From Marsupella aquatica (lineage: Eukaryota > Plantae > Marchantiophyta), in NCBI GenBank assembly GCA_973895155.1, contig OZ316895.1, positions 11,763,919 through 11,827,918 on the forward strand: a stretch of 64,000 nucleotides of DNA, read 5' to 3'. Shown one piece after another: positions 37,990-49,723 of the stretch (positions are counted from its first letter, which is position 1; every line of letters starts with the position of its first letter). The notes beneath the pieces are model-generated. The model was not told the origin of the DNA and did not search any database. It was given only the letters and a program-made list of their open reading frames with translations. The translations under genes and the position numbers were made by a program.

Positions 37990-39010
37990 GTGAATTGGAT
38001 ATTACTATCCTGCACCCAAACTGAGCTAATTGCTGGGTTACCCCCCATTCTATATTATGAGTTATTTTAATAACTGTTTTGGTTCACCCCAGGTGAATTC
38101 TCATTGGTGGATTGACGCATGGTGATGTGCTCTTGGCTCTAGCTTACCCTGGGAGAGTTTACCCTCACCCTGCTCGCTCTTTCCCATTTTTTGAATGAGC
38201 CCGACACCAAACAGGGCAGGCCTATCACCGTCTCGAGTTCAATCTCAATGACCCAGCTCGAATCAGGCAGCCCGAATGTGGGTTTGTTTACACCTCAAGG
38301 GCCTCACTCCAAGGGAGGTCCTATATCACTTGCCAAGTTTTCAAGTAACAAACAGACTAAAACTTAAGAAAATAAAGTATAGTTTTACTTATTTTTAACC
38401 CTAACTTTATAGAATATTTTAGGAATATCCTTGCATTTGTATTAAAAAACCCTCTATAGTTCTTATAGTTCTCAAAGTTGGATTAAAACACCCCATATAT
38501 TTCTTCAGTAAAAATTTTAAAGTTTTTCATGCAATTGAACTGAAAAACCCTAACTTTGTCGGAAGAAAATAAGTGAGGACCCCAGGGTTTACACATGGAA
38601 AATAAGTATAGTTTTGGGGTCTCTCTACTTCAGAAAAGTGGGGAGTAGGGTGGATCATTGGGACCCAAGGATCATCATGCCCTTATGGGGTGTGCGACCC
38701 TGTTTTTGAAGGAAATTGCAGCACCCAGCCAGCCAGGTTGCCAGGGTTGCAATTGAAACTTGTGAGGGGAGGGGCAAGCCTTGTTCGGTGTAGGGCTCAT
38801 TCAAAAAATGCAAAGAGCTAGCCGGGTGAGGGTAAACTCGGCCAGGGTAGGAGCCATTAGCACCTTGTCACGTGTTAGTCCACCAATGAGAAATTACCTC
38901 GGGTTAACTAAAATGGTTAAGGGTAACCCACATATACAATATGGGCAACCTAACAATGAAATTTAGTATTTTAGCTCAGTTTGGGGGACATCATAGTAAC
39001 TCTTAATAAA
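37990..39010. mobile_element. Second fold-back (long-TIR) non-coding element, about 1 kb
   Basis: Inverted arms at about 38080-38245 and 38752-38910 (e.g. GAGTTTACCCTCACCC..CATTTTTTGAATGAGCCC), plus CCCAAACTGAGCTAA (38015-38029) versus TTAGCTCAGTTTGGG (38971-38985). AT-rich centre. Ends approximate. Confidence 0.7.
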
Positions 39011-39791
39011 TTTACAGTTATTTCTTTCTTGCACAAGTCACTAGACACTACAATAGTAGCCATAGTTGCCACTGATTTCTAGCTGACCAAATACTGCCAA
39101 ATTCTTTGAATTTTCACAAAGAAAAAAGAATATAAAATACTAACACCTAATATTCATAAATAAATAAAGGTGGCTCCCACATATTTGCCCACTTTTGAAA
39201 CATTCCCTGTTTGACCATCGCTCTCACAAGATATGGAAAAAAAATCACTGATTGCTGGGATTTAAGGATGCCCTTTTAGTTTGAGGGTTGGGAGGGTGAG
39301 ATGTTGCTTTGTATTTTCTATTGCCAGTCCCCCTTGCTGGAGTTTTCAAGCAATTTGTCCAAAAACTCCCTACCATAGCGTCTCACTACTAGACTTCAAG
39401 CCATTTGGTTTGATGGCTGCTGTCTTACCTATTATGAAAAGTCTATTGTAGAAACATTCAGTGCCATACCAAAATTGGCCACAGAATTAAACCACGACTC
39501 AAGGAACAAGTTATTTTGGCTTACATGGAGTTTCCTCTCAAAATACTGTACTGTCTGAAGCCATACCATAGTACCATTTGAATTTGGGCAATTAATTTAA
39601 ACTCCAAAAGAGATAATCTTATTTTAATTATTTTCCTTGCTAGCCAAAGAGCAAATAAATTGAATGGGCTTGGAGTGGAAGCATGAAAAAGTCCATTTTT
39701 TAAGAAAAAATGAACTAATAAAAAAATGAAAGGGCAATGTAGAGAAACCCTCACTAGATGAAAATTTTAGTCAAGATGGAGGAAGTAATTG

Positions 39792-40010
39792 CTTCTATAA
39801 TATGCAATGCTGCTAAAAAGTTCTTTCGTCTCCTTACAAATAGCTAACCTGAGCTGTTAGATTGTTTTAAAGATTTTTGTGTGCTCTTGGATTGATTTAC
39901 GAGGTATGTCAATTGATATGTTTATTTTAATAGTAAAATACAGAGGATATGAGATGACACTTATCTAACATCATATATGAGGTTGATACTTATATGACAT
40001 CATCCCAAAT
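39792..40010 (+). repeat. Dispersed repeat of about 220 bp, uninterrupted copy
   Basis: The second copy is split as 49592-49723 plus 53110-53196. This copy has a single ATTTT (39924-39928) at the insertion point. Confidence 0.9.
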
Positions 40011-40459
40011 GTGTCTTTTTCTTTGAGTATGAAAGCACACACGTTTGAAGGAGAATCTTTTGGGGTATGAAACTATTTGGAATTTTGCATAGAGTAAGAG
40101 ACTCTATGCAAGGAAAATGGGTTAATTTTGCTTTTCACTCGCTTTTCGTTTCTCCCCGCTTTTCTTCTCTATACTAGCCCAATTCCCGTACAAAAGATGT
40201 CAAGAAGAGAAATGATGTCAAAATTGAGCAAAAGATGTTGAGATGATAAATGATGTGAAGGAGGGAAGAGATTTCAAGGTGAGCAAAAGATGTCGAAATG
40301 ATAAAAGATGTCAAGGTGAGGAAAAGGTGTTGAGGTGATAAAAGATATCAAAGAGGAAAAAAATTGTATAGGTGACTATGATTAGGTGCAATGCATGATT
40401 GATTATAGTTCGTTGGACATGCGTTTTGTGGTATTTCGTGGGTTACTCTTTTCATCTTT

Positions 40460-42004
40460 GGAACATGGTCATGCTAGGGTGTCCAAGCCTAGTATGCCAA
40501 AGGTCATATAGTGGCATCTCATGTATAGTGGAATGAAAAGCATTCAACTATGTGACATAGAAACCCAACCGATACGCAAGAAATTTTATTTGCATTCCAT
40601 CAGAAATATTCTGTAAAATATGAATTACTTCTTGGTTCTTATCTGTGCTAGTGTGGATATGGTATACATTATGTCTAATGTCCTTGAAACTAATCAAGTT
40701 TCTCATGGCATTAGGTGCGTACATAACGGATTTAATGTTGATAGTAGTGCCCTGAGGTAATGTGATAGTGACGGGTCCATTACCCTCTTCTATCTGGTTA
40801 CTCCCCATAATAGTGGTCATATTTTTGTGGGAGGGAGTAATGTGAGTGAAATAGTCCCTGCACTTTAATATAGTGTGGAACGTGCTGCTATCTACAATAC
40901 AGGTTCTAATGTCATCCAAAGGTAATGGTCCTTGTTGCTGTGCAATCATATGTGACTAAGGGATGGTGTCATCATGGGTGTAGTTTTCTAGATACTCATC
41001 TTGTTCTAGAAAAGTGCCATGTGCCTCCTGAGTTCTACTATTTCTATTCTGCTGGTATAATTCTACTAGATGTGCAAGTATGCGGCACAGTTTCTGTGGG
41101 TGGCCCTTGGTGCCGCATCAGAAGCATTCCACGGTGGGTCTTCCTGAGTACTGTTGGGAAGAACTGGTCCGTTGGGCTGGTCTTCCTGGTCTTCCCGTTC
41201 CTCCTCGGGTGTAGGTGAAACTCAATCTTCCTTGTCCGCGGCTTCCTGCATTTCTGCGGCCTCTGCCTCTCCCCCTAAAACGGGTAGATCTTTTGCCTCC
41301 AAACTGTCTTCCTCCTCTGAAGGCCGGTTGTCCTCTGCCGTTGCGGCTGAAGCCGCCCCATTGGCCTCCTCTACTGCTAGAAGGGCATTCCAAAGTTTGT
41401 CTCGGTGACTGGGGGTGATGGTAGGGTTCCCGGGGGTCGCATCTTTGAGTTCTTCAATAGTAACTCCTGATGTCTTTCGGCTAGTAACATGTGAACTATA
41501 AGTTCAGAATATTTTGTGAACTTCATGTTTCTATATTGTGCCAACAGTATAATGTTGCTAGAGTGAAAGGTAGATAGTGTCTTTTCTATATGTTCTTCGT
41601 CATTGACTGGTTGGCCGCACAAGGCCAACTAGGATGTGATGCAAAATAGCTCACTGTTAGAGTTCACTATAGATGTATGGTCTTGAACACGAAGATTAAC
41701 CCAATCATGGCGTGCTCTGGGTAGGCGTATGGTCTTGGTGTGGTCGAATCTTTCATTGAATTGATCCCAAAGGTTTTTGGGGTTTTCCTCATTAAGATAT
41801 TGTAGTTTTAGTGGTTCTACGAGGTGGTGTCGTATGAACACCAAGGCTCTGGTTTTTTTGTTGGGTTGTTGTGCCCTGATCGGTGATGGTCGTTTCATAT
41901 ATGTCTTTGGCTATGAGGTTGGCTTTGATGTCTAGTGACCACGATAGGTAATTCTCTCCCTCGATTGTCAAGGGGAGAAAGTTTAACTTCTCTATGGAAG
42001 CCAT
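40460..42004 (-). pseudogene. Bianca-like Copia gag, protease and GAG-pre-integrase, decayed
   Basis: MASIEKLNFLPLTIEGENYLSW, ALVFIRHHL, LPRARHDWVNLRVQD, EKTLSTFHSSN..QYR..FTKYSELI, knuckle CF*CGTKGHPQKLC, protease CIVDSSTFHTILK and LWHTRLGHPSMTM. Stops and frameshifts present. Confidence 0.9.
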
Positions 42005-43029
42005 GTTTTGGGTTTTAGGGCTAAGTCTTGGGTTTAGGTTTAGGGCTAGGGTTAGGTTTAGGTCTCATATTGGTTATAATGTATGCAAGGATTATAAGAT
42101 AGTTTTGTTTTAGTGTCTGATGAGTTTTGTGCGCTTCTTTGAGTGATGGTGATAGGTTCTGTGTGCTTTTGGAAAATCAAAAAGGTTGACTTTTATTTTT
42201 TGTGTTTGCTTTTAGGGGTTGCCTTAGTAATATAAGGTTCCTTCTCGTTAACCCTAACTGTGGTTTAGATTTGGTGCCGCATGCAAAGTAAGCATAAAGG
42301 ATGAAGTGCGCTTTAGGGTTTGCACTTAAGTTTGGTTTTTGTGTTTGCTTTGTGGAAGATATGTGTTAATGCAGGTTTAGGTTTGGTCTTTATCTCCTTT
42401 TTGGTTATTCTAACCCTTTTTCAGTTTTTAGTTGTGAATGGTTTGCGGTTATGTGCACTTTTGGTTAAGTGCACTATTTCTTTTGTATGCGCAAATTGCT
42501 TTGACAGGTTTTGTGGTTAAGGAGGGTTGTGCACTTAGCGGGTTAAGTCTTGTTTTCTTTGTGGTTTTGTTGTTGTTTTGGTTCCCTTTGTTGTCCTTCT
42601 CTCCTATGCAGTGCTCCCTTTTGTCTCGACAGTCACCAACTCGGCACATCCTTTTGTTGTATTCTTTGTGCACTCACCGCCTTTTGCTCCTCCCGGGTAG
42701 GTCCTTAGTTTCAATTTCCCTAACTGGTCCTTCTCTTTTTTCTGTTTTCCTTTTGGGGCCTTATCTTTGCTGTATATTCATCACTCGTGGTTGGCATTGT
42801 TTGTTTCCCGTCCCGCAGAGTGTTTTAGTTGATAATCGCTCCACTGCGCCGAAGCTATCTGTCCCAACCAATGTACTATGCAAAGTGCCTTTGAGCTTGT
42901 TTAAAACTGGGGGGTTTTGCCTCAATTAGTCACACCTTTTGAGATCTCCTCGTAGCAACGCCTTTCTTCTAGAGTGAGTTGAGGGAGCACTTTGCTACCT
43001 GCCGATCCTTTGAGTCTCTCAATCGAATG

Positions 43030-46000
43030 TGTGACGAGGTTCCCGTCACTGGAAATCCTCGATAATTGTTTACTGGGTTGTGCCATGTATATAACCATTG
43101 TAAATAAGCTGTTTTTTTGTTTTTTTAGTTAATTCCGTCATCATCGGTTGCTATGCCCCGGAGGTCTCTACTTACTTTTATATTCTAATAGTTCGGATGC
43201 CTACGACTCCCCAACAAGCAAGCATGTTGGGACCTTGAAACTAGGGCCGGTCTAATCGGACACCCCGTTTCCCTTAGGACCTTATTTCCTTTTTATTTTG
43301 TTGAGACCCCAATAGCAAGGTCTAAGGAAACAAACTTTAAGTTTTAGTGTTTAGGGGGCGAAACCCCTTGTAAACAATGGGGGCTAAGGAGGGGGAGAAT
43401 TGAGTGGGGCCAGGTGGAGCCCGGGAAGGCAAGCCTCCTCACTAAATGGCTGTTGGGGCCATAAGGGGCACCCCTAGGGCTTGACACATGGAATCTTGGG
43501 GGCTAAGGAGGGAGCTCCACGAGTAATAAGGAGGAAGCCGGGGCGTGAACCGGGCCGACGCGCGGAGAGGGCCGGGAAGGATTAAAGAAGTGGGGGGGAT
43601 TAAATCCCCCAAAACTGAGCGCCGAAAGCCGGGGGGAGGCAAATTTAACCCTCCCAGGAGGGAGCCAAACGGCAGCCGAGGCAAGCAGGCAGCAGGGAGG
43701 CAAAGATTGTCGGGGCAAAAAGGAAACGCGCCCTACATAGGGCGGCGTCCGGAAGGGAGGCTGCCGGGAGGAAAAAAAAGCAGTTGAGGCGGGGGCGCCA
43801 AATGGTAGCGAGGCGAGGGGGGATATATTACAGCCTCCCGCGAGGGCGCATGTTAAGGACCCCCACGAGTCGGGGCGCACATTGGGTCCTCCAAGGAGGA
43901 GGCCGCGAGGAGCAGCTGCCGGTAGGCAAGGAGGGATTAGAGGGAAAATGGGGGGTTAAACTCCCCAACAGAGCCCAGAGAGGCATGACTTTGTGGTAGC
44001 TCACTTGAATTGAGATTCATAAGTTTGGGTTCAACTGTTGTGGCTGACACTTCCCAACTATTGTGGCTGACTCTTCCCTTTCTATGGGGTTTCACAGATT
44101 TCCCTTTTAAAAAAATTATAAAAACAAAAGAACAAAAAAAACTCCCCAACAGAGGCCCTCCCGCGAGCCGCAGCAGAGGGGAGGCAGCACGCCCTGCATA
44201 GGGCCGCGAGCCGCAAGGCGCACATCAAACCCTCCCAGGAGGGGGCCGAAGCAGAACATAGGAGTAAGGCGCGGCCGTGGGGTGCTGCCGGGCCATAAGG
44301 AGCCCTGCATCGGGACTAGCGGGGGGTAGTGGGGAATTCCCCCGGCCTTGGAGGGAGTATCGGGCCGCGCGAATGAGGGAGGCTGTGCGGGGGGAGCGGG
44401 AATTAAGGCTTCCGCGAGCCAAAGGGTAGGTGTCAGGCCTGAGGAAGGCGCCCGGAGGGCAGCTGCGAGCTTAGAAGCGCCGACTTAAAGTTAGAATAGA
44501 AGGGGTTTCCTTCCCTTGGTTTATTCATTGTTTTTTTCCTTCTCTTCTTTCTCCGTCGCGCGCAACTCATTTCATTGCCAAAAGCAAACTTTGTGTTCCT
44601 CAATTCCTTGCCAAAAGCTCTTTCCAGCTCTTGCAATTATTTTTGAAGCTCTCCCATGGTTGATTGAGGGAGCTTGGGGGCTCACGTTTTCCGGGCATTT
44701 TTGGCTGCGGCACTAAGGGACTTCTGGGGAAATTGAGAGTGGTTCTTGATCGTGATACGGGGGCCGTTCGGGCCAGGATTTGAATGTGGTGATGGGATTT
44801 TGGGATTGGGAATTGTCCCTGGGCATGGATGCTTGATCAGCCTGAGTTCAGCGGGACTCGCATTTGTAGATACAAGGCCGCTTACCATGAGTACATTACG
44901 ACACTAATTGAGGAAGAGAGAGGAGAAAGAAGGGCAGCAATGAGCACTAGGCTAGCAGCAAGCCCCGCACTGGTTATGAGGAAGGTATTTCATCGAATTT
45001 ATCCCAAGACCTCTACCAAGGTGATGGAGGATTGCAAAGCTATGTTCCAGGCCACTGGGCTCACCGACTTCATGAGAGTAGAGATTATAATCCCTCCAGG
45101 GAAGAGTTGGGACTTGGAGGCTGGAATGGAATTGCGCAAGGAGGGGATTTATTTCAAATGTATTCAATGTTTGGTACCTCATGCCGAATTGGCTAAGCTT
45201 ATGTTTTTGGAGAACCAACAGTTCTCATTCACCCCTCGGAATATAATCAGTGATCTCACGTTGACAATGGTGGCCTGCTGGATGAGCAATCCCACCTCCA
45301 CCACGGCCATTCATCTCTCGGCTGTCAAGGATGCAACACACAAGGGATTTCTGGCCAAGGTTCACCAATGGGTCCTCGGTAATGTGCAATCCGGGGTAGT
45401 GAACGAGGAGCATTTCATAATTACTCTTAATATTTGGAAACATCCAGCCCACGCTTACGAATGGTGGTATTACGGTTTGACCAAGCTATTGGCCGCTGAT
45501 CCTGGGAGTCTGAAACCGGGGGGAGCTTTGCATTTGATGGGGTCATTTTTTTTGGCCAGAGCAGAAGGATTGATTGCCTCCCCGGGGCCCGAAGAAGCTG
45601 GGTCATCCCTTACCACGGAAATCCGTAGCATTGCCACTACCATCTTGAGGAAACTCATGGAGGTGCCAATAGTGTCAGTAGGAACTGGAGACAATCAAGT
45701 TGAGGAAGACATCCAGGATGAGGAGTACACGTTGGAGTGGCTGGAATCTCTGGTGGGGAACCCAGAGGAGCCCCTTGCTTACAACATTCCAGAGGTTTAC
45801 TTGGCAGAATTACGGGATTTTTGTGAAGGGGCCCATGAGGGGCTCAAGCTAGCCCACTCATTGAGAGATGCGCTCAAGCAGGCCAACACAAGGATGGAAA
45901 CATTGCAGCAGGGTGCCGCGTCGACGAAGGAGGTGATCAAAGCTAAGGAGGAGGCCACACAAGAGAAGGCCAAGCTTCTCCAGGCAACTCAAGTGGAGAT

Positions 46001-47920
46001 TTCTCACTTGATGGGGGCCTTGTCTACCAAAGCCAAAGAAGCAGAGGAAGTTGGAGTGCTGAGAGAAGCATTGGCCAAAGAGAAGCAAAACACGGGAGAA
46101 GTGGAGAGGTTAAGAAGCCAGATTGCAGAACTACGAAGTCAGGTGGGGATCTTTGAGACTAGGGCCAAAAGGAGTGAGGCCTTGAGTTTGGGGAAGCGGA
46201 AGAGTCCCTGCCCACCTAGCTCCACGCTTTCCCCTGACCTGGTCTCCAAGGCCATTGAGATGGTGGTGAAGGAAGTACGTGCGAAGTACGGTCCCCTGTG
46301 GGGTCCCCTGCTGGAAGCAGCCAAGAAGAATCAGGAGAAGAATAAGAGCTTGGAGAAGAAGCTCAAGGAGGTACGTAAGTCGTTATGGGAGGCCCAGGTC
46401 AATATGGGAACCCCGGGAATGCCGCCCAAATTTGTGACACCAGGGACTCCCATGGCCACCGGGCAAGTTTTACCGTTGGAGTTGCAATCCGAGGAGGAGG
46501 CTGCTTTGTGGAAGGATACCATCGGTGAGGGCTATGTCAGGGCTTGGCAAGCCTTGCCGGCGTTGAGGAAGCAAGGGAGCACTAGCGGAAGGAGTACACC
46601 TGTGAAGAAGAAGAGAAGCGGAGTAGTCTCCACTCCAATTGAGAGCGACAAAGAGACCAACTCACGGGGCTCAAGCCATGGCACCGTGAGTGAGGAGGAG
46701 GACTAGGGTAGTCGTACGGACTTGATCGTACGATTTCTGGGTTTTGAAACTTTTTGGAAGGGTACACTCACGGGCTTGTTGGAAAGAGCTTGCGGAGCTG
46801 ATTCCAACAAGAGGCAGCGCTCCTCAAACGGAGCCAGGATGAGTAAGTTAGGGGCCGACAAAGTTGGTAAGTAAGTGATATTGACACAACCATAACTTGG
46901 TCGTTCGACGTCCGTTTCGGGAGCGGTTTTGTGATTAATGATCAAGGGGAGTAGGGCTACCCAAGGTGAGCGCAGAGGTGCAATCAGAGTGGCACCTAGT
47001 TTTGGCAATTATGGGGTCCCTTGCATTTTTGCGGTTGGCACCGTTGAAGGCATCGACGGTCCCGTTGTTAGTTGGTCCCGTAGTTAGTTTAGGGTTTTTA
47101 GGAACATGTGTGTGCCGCATTTTTAGGTTAGGGATTTCTTTCGTGAAGGGTTTTAGCGGCGCCGCTAGGGTAGCCGTCAACGTTGTGACCCCGTGAGGGG
47201 TGCCTTGGTGTGTTGTTTTGAGTATTTAGGGGGAGAGCCCCATGGTAGTTAGGGGGGAACTCAGTCTAGTGTTGGTTTTAGGGAAGTTAGCTCATAGCCA
47301 AAAGGGGAATTCAAGCCAGATGAATGAGGTAGAAGTGTAGTGCTTGCCCCAATGAGGTAGGAGTTGGGCAGACGGCAGGAGGCCGGGTTGTCCTTGCAAT
47401 GTGTTACCACTTTTTGCCAAAAGATATGGATTTGGTTTGATTCCTCAAGTTTTGGTGTGGCTTTATCTTTTTTGGTTCACGATTGTGTTCTTTCCCCAAG
47501 AAGTGTCTAAGGAATCCTTGCACGGTTTGGTCAACCATGTGAGTAGGAGGGGTGGTGACAACACTCCACCAACGACCAGTAGGGGTGTGTGTGGTATAGT
47601 CCATGGGACTTGATCAAAAGTAGAGGGGCTAGTCGGTAGACTTGATAAAAAATTACACTTTCGGGAGCGGAATCAAACATACTCATCCTACATGCAATAG
47701 AATCTAAATAGCGTCCCTCCACGTTCCCGTCATACGATAACAAACAATTTTAGTAGGAGGAAATACGTATTTATCGTGTAAATCGTTTGATAAGCAGGTG
47801 ACAGAATGGTGGGCTTGGACTACCCGGACGTCGAATGAGGTCTAATGAAAGATCGAGAGTTGAATATCATTTGTTGTGCCGCGGTATAGAAAAGAATGTC
47901 AATAATCGAGGTCCTTCACA
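43030..47920. mobile_element. 4.9-kb TG...CA-bounded insertion with one long ORF (giant solo-LTR-like)
   Basis: Starts TGTGACGAGG and ends CCTTCACA. Flanks AATG / AGTG form an imperfect TSD. It interrupts the compositionally uniform Copia leader. No gag/pol and no terminal direct repeat seen. Confidence 0.6.
44829..46706 (+). CDS. 625-aa protein: globular retroelement-accessory-like domain, acidic linker, long coiled coil, low-complexity tail
   Basis: Uninterrupted, intronless ORF. FQATGLTDFM..ELAKLMFL resembles the N-terminal pattern of the ORFs at about 50600 and 8700. A heptad-rich region spans roughly aa 335-520. Confidence 0.75.
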   Translation: MLDQPEFSGTRICRYKAAYHEYITTLIEEERGERRAAMSTRLAASPALVMRKVFHRIYPKTSTKVMEDCKAMFQATGLTDFMRVEIIIPPGKSWDLEAGMELRKEGIYFKCIQCLVPHAELAKLMFLENQQFSFTPRNIISDLTLTMVACWMSNPTSTTAIHLSAVKDATHKGFLAKVHQWVLGNVQSGVVNEEHFIITLNIWKHPAHAYEWWYYGLTKLLAADPGSLKPGGALHLMGSFFLARAEGLIASPGPEEAGSSLTTEIRSIATTILRKLMEVPIVSVGTGDNQVEEDIQDEEYTLEWLESLVGNPEEPLAYNIPEVYLAELRDFCEGAHEGLKLAHSLRDALKQANTRMETLQQGAASTKEVIKAKEEATQEKAKLLQATQVEISHLMGALSTKAKEAEEVGVLREALAKEKQNTGEVERLRSQIAELRSQVGIFETRAKRSEALSLGKRKSPCPPSSTLSPDLVSKAIEMVVKEVRAKYGPLWGPLLEAAKKNQEKNKSLEKKLKEVRKSLWEAQVNMGTPGMPPKFVTPGTPMATGQVLPLELQSEEEAALWKDTIGEGYVRAWQALPALRKQGSTSGRSTPVKKKRSGVVSTPIESDKETNSRGSSHGTVSEEED

Positions 47921-48623
47921 AGTGCTCGCCCACTCCACTATGACTTAACGTCTTCATATGCGACCCTTATGCACTCATTCTCTCTTTTGCTCCAATCGGT
48001 TGTTGCTGCTTCTTTTAGGAATAGCTATCGGTGTTGCTTCAATGCTTTCATTTTATGGATTGTGCCTCAATCTCAATTTTTGATGCAGTCGATGCCTCTC
48101 TTTGCTGTCGCTGATTTCTGATGTTCTTTCTCTTTCTTTGCTGTCCCGATTCTTCTTCCTTCGATTTTCACTCCTTATTGTTTCAGGGCCTGTTAGATGC
48201 TTAATCTATCAACTCGCCTCCTCTGTATATTTTGGGTTTCAGTAATCTCGGGACCTTATGAGGTCAAAGTCTCCCCTTTCATTTGATTTCAGATAGGCTC
48301 TTATGTTCTTCTGCTCTGTTATCGGGAATTGCGATTCCTTGTTCTTCCATTTTCTTAATCTCCTCCTATCGGGACCTGCTATTCCCGCTGTTGTCCTTAT
48401 CAATTCCTTTCTCTATTGTTCGCTCTTTCGCTTGTGCTTATCTATTTTGTTTTTTCAGTTTCTGCTTTTGCTCTCTTTGCTTCCACCCGGGTTTTCTATT
48501 TCTTCAAGCAACATTGATTGTGGGCTGTCCTTATGAATTCTGTTCACAGCTTCTCCTTGCTCGACTCTCTCCGTTCTTCCTTACAAATTTTGTCCTTATC
48601 AATTCATCTCGAATGCCTTATAT

Positions 48624-48954
48624 TGTTAGGGTTTCGACTCAACCTTGGCTAGGTTAACTAGAGTAAGTTAACCGCAGTTAACATTAGTTGACTAGACTCT
48701 TCATGAAGGGATAACCCTCTTGGTGTCCCATGGAGAGAGAACACTTAGTTGAGAACTTTGTGTGAGAGAGAGAGAGAGAGAGAGCTTGGACCATGGAGCG
48801 ATGGTGATATGTACTTTTCGTGTTCATAGTGAAGCTCTTGGTGCGGCCGTGGACGTAGCCCTGACGGGGTGAACCACATATCTTTGTGTCGGTGTACCGG
48901 AGTGTTGTATGACTGACAATTATCAGATGTCATGCTGTCCGTTTCGATCCTAGA
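48624..48954 (+). mobile_element. Copia-type solo LTR, 331 bp
   Basis: TGTTAGG...CCTAGA with a perfect 5-bp TSD TATAT (48619-48623 and 48955-48959). Contains CCGTGGACGTAGCC..GTGAACCAC, a motif common in Tnt1/Tork-type LTRs, and a (GA)n run. Confidence 0.82.
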
Positions 48955-49222
48955 TATATGAGTAAGTGTCGTTCCAGCCTCTCATGAGTTCCCGGTTGTT
49001 TCTAAGTTCTTCCTTTATGTCTCTTCCAATCTCTTTCTCTCCTCCAAAGTTTTGTGGTGGGCTACATGTATATCTAGGCTCTGTGATAAGATTTTTCTCT
49101 CGCTTTCCTTCAATCTTCCAATCTCCCATGGATTTCTATTTCAGATTCGATCCGCCATAGCCTTGCAGGATCAATTTGCCATAGCCTCTTGCTCAGTCTT
49201 GGAGAGTCGGGTGCTGATAACA

Positions 49223-49356
49223 TGTTCAATGTAATCTCCAACTGAACGATAACTTCTCCCTTGGGTGGTGTTTGTATATAGTGATGAGGTTACAAAGTGT
49301 GTTCCTTACTAGGGTTAGGTTAGTAACCCTTGTAACTTAATTGTAGTATCTTAACA
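49223..49356 (-). repeat. 5' LTR of the Bianca-like element, 134 bp
   Basis: TGTT/AACA termini, TATA-like CTATATAC on the minus strand, and the adjacent PBS at 49211-49222. Confidence 0.78.
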
Positions 49357-49723
49357 TTGCCTTCATTTTTGCATTTCATTTCATTTTGGAAAAAGATGTT
49401 GTTGGGGAGAGCAAGGATGTGGGAGGGTGAGAGGGAAACTTTGCGACGTCAAGGTGTGATCACAATTCTATTGGGAGGCGAACACTTTAATTTTTTTGCT
49501 ACCTATTTCCTCACTCCTTTGCCACTCCATTTCTTCCCCCTTTTTTTACCTGCCACCATTAAATAAACCAGAAAAAAAGCAATTAAATCTACTTCTATAA
49601 TATGCAATGCTGCTAAAAAGTTCTTGAAATGGATGGAACAAACCTGAGCTGTTAGATTGTTTTAACAATTTTTGTGTGCTCTTGGATTAATTGACCAGAT
49701 ATGTCAAATGATATGTTTATTTT

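Larger units (their letters stand above)
40365..49356 (-). mobile_element. Ty1/Copia element, Bianca-like, 3'-truncated, with nested insertions
   Basis: Short 5' LTR 49223-49356 (TGTT...AACA), PBS TGTTATCAGCAC immediately inside, and a gag-protease-GAG_pre-integrase remnant at 40460-42004. No integrase core, RT or 3' LTR seen. Confidence 0.8.

Noticed and set aside
42008-42062. True telomere or healed chromosome end
   Set aside because: Short, degenerate and embedded in a retrotransposon leader.
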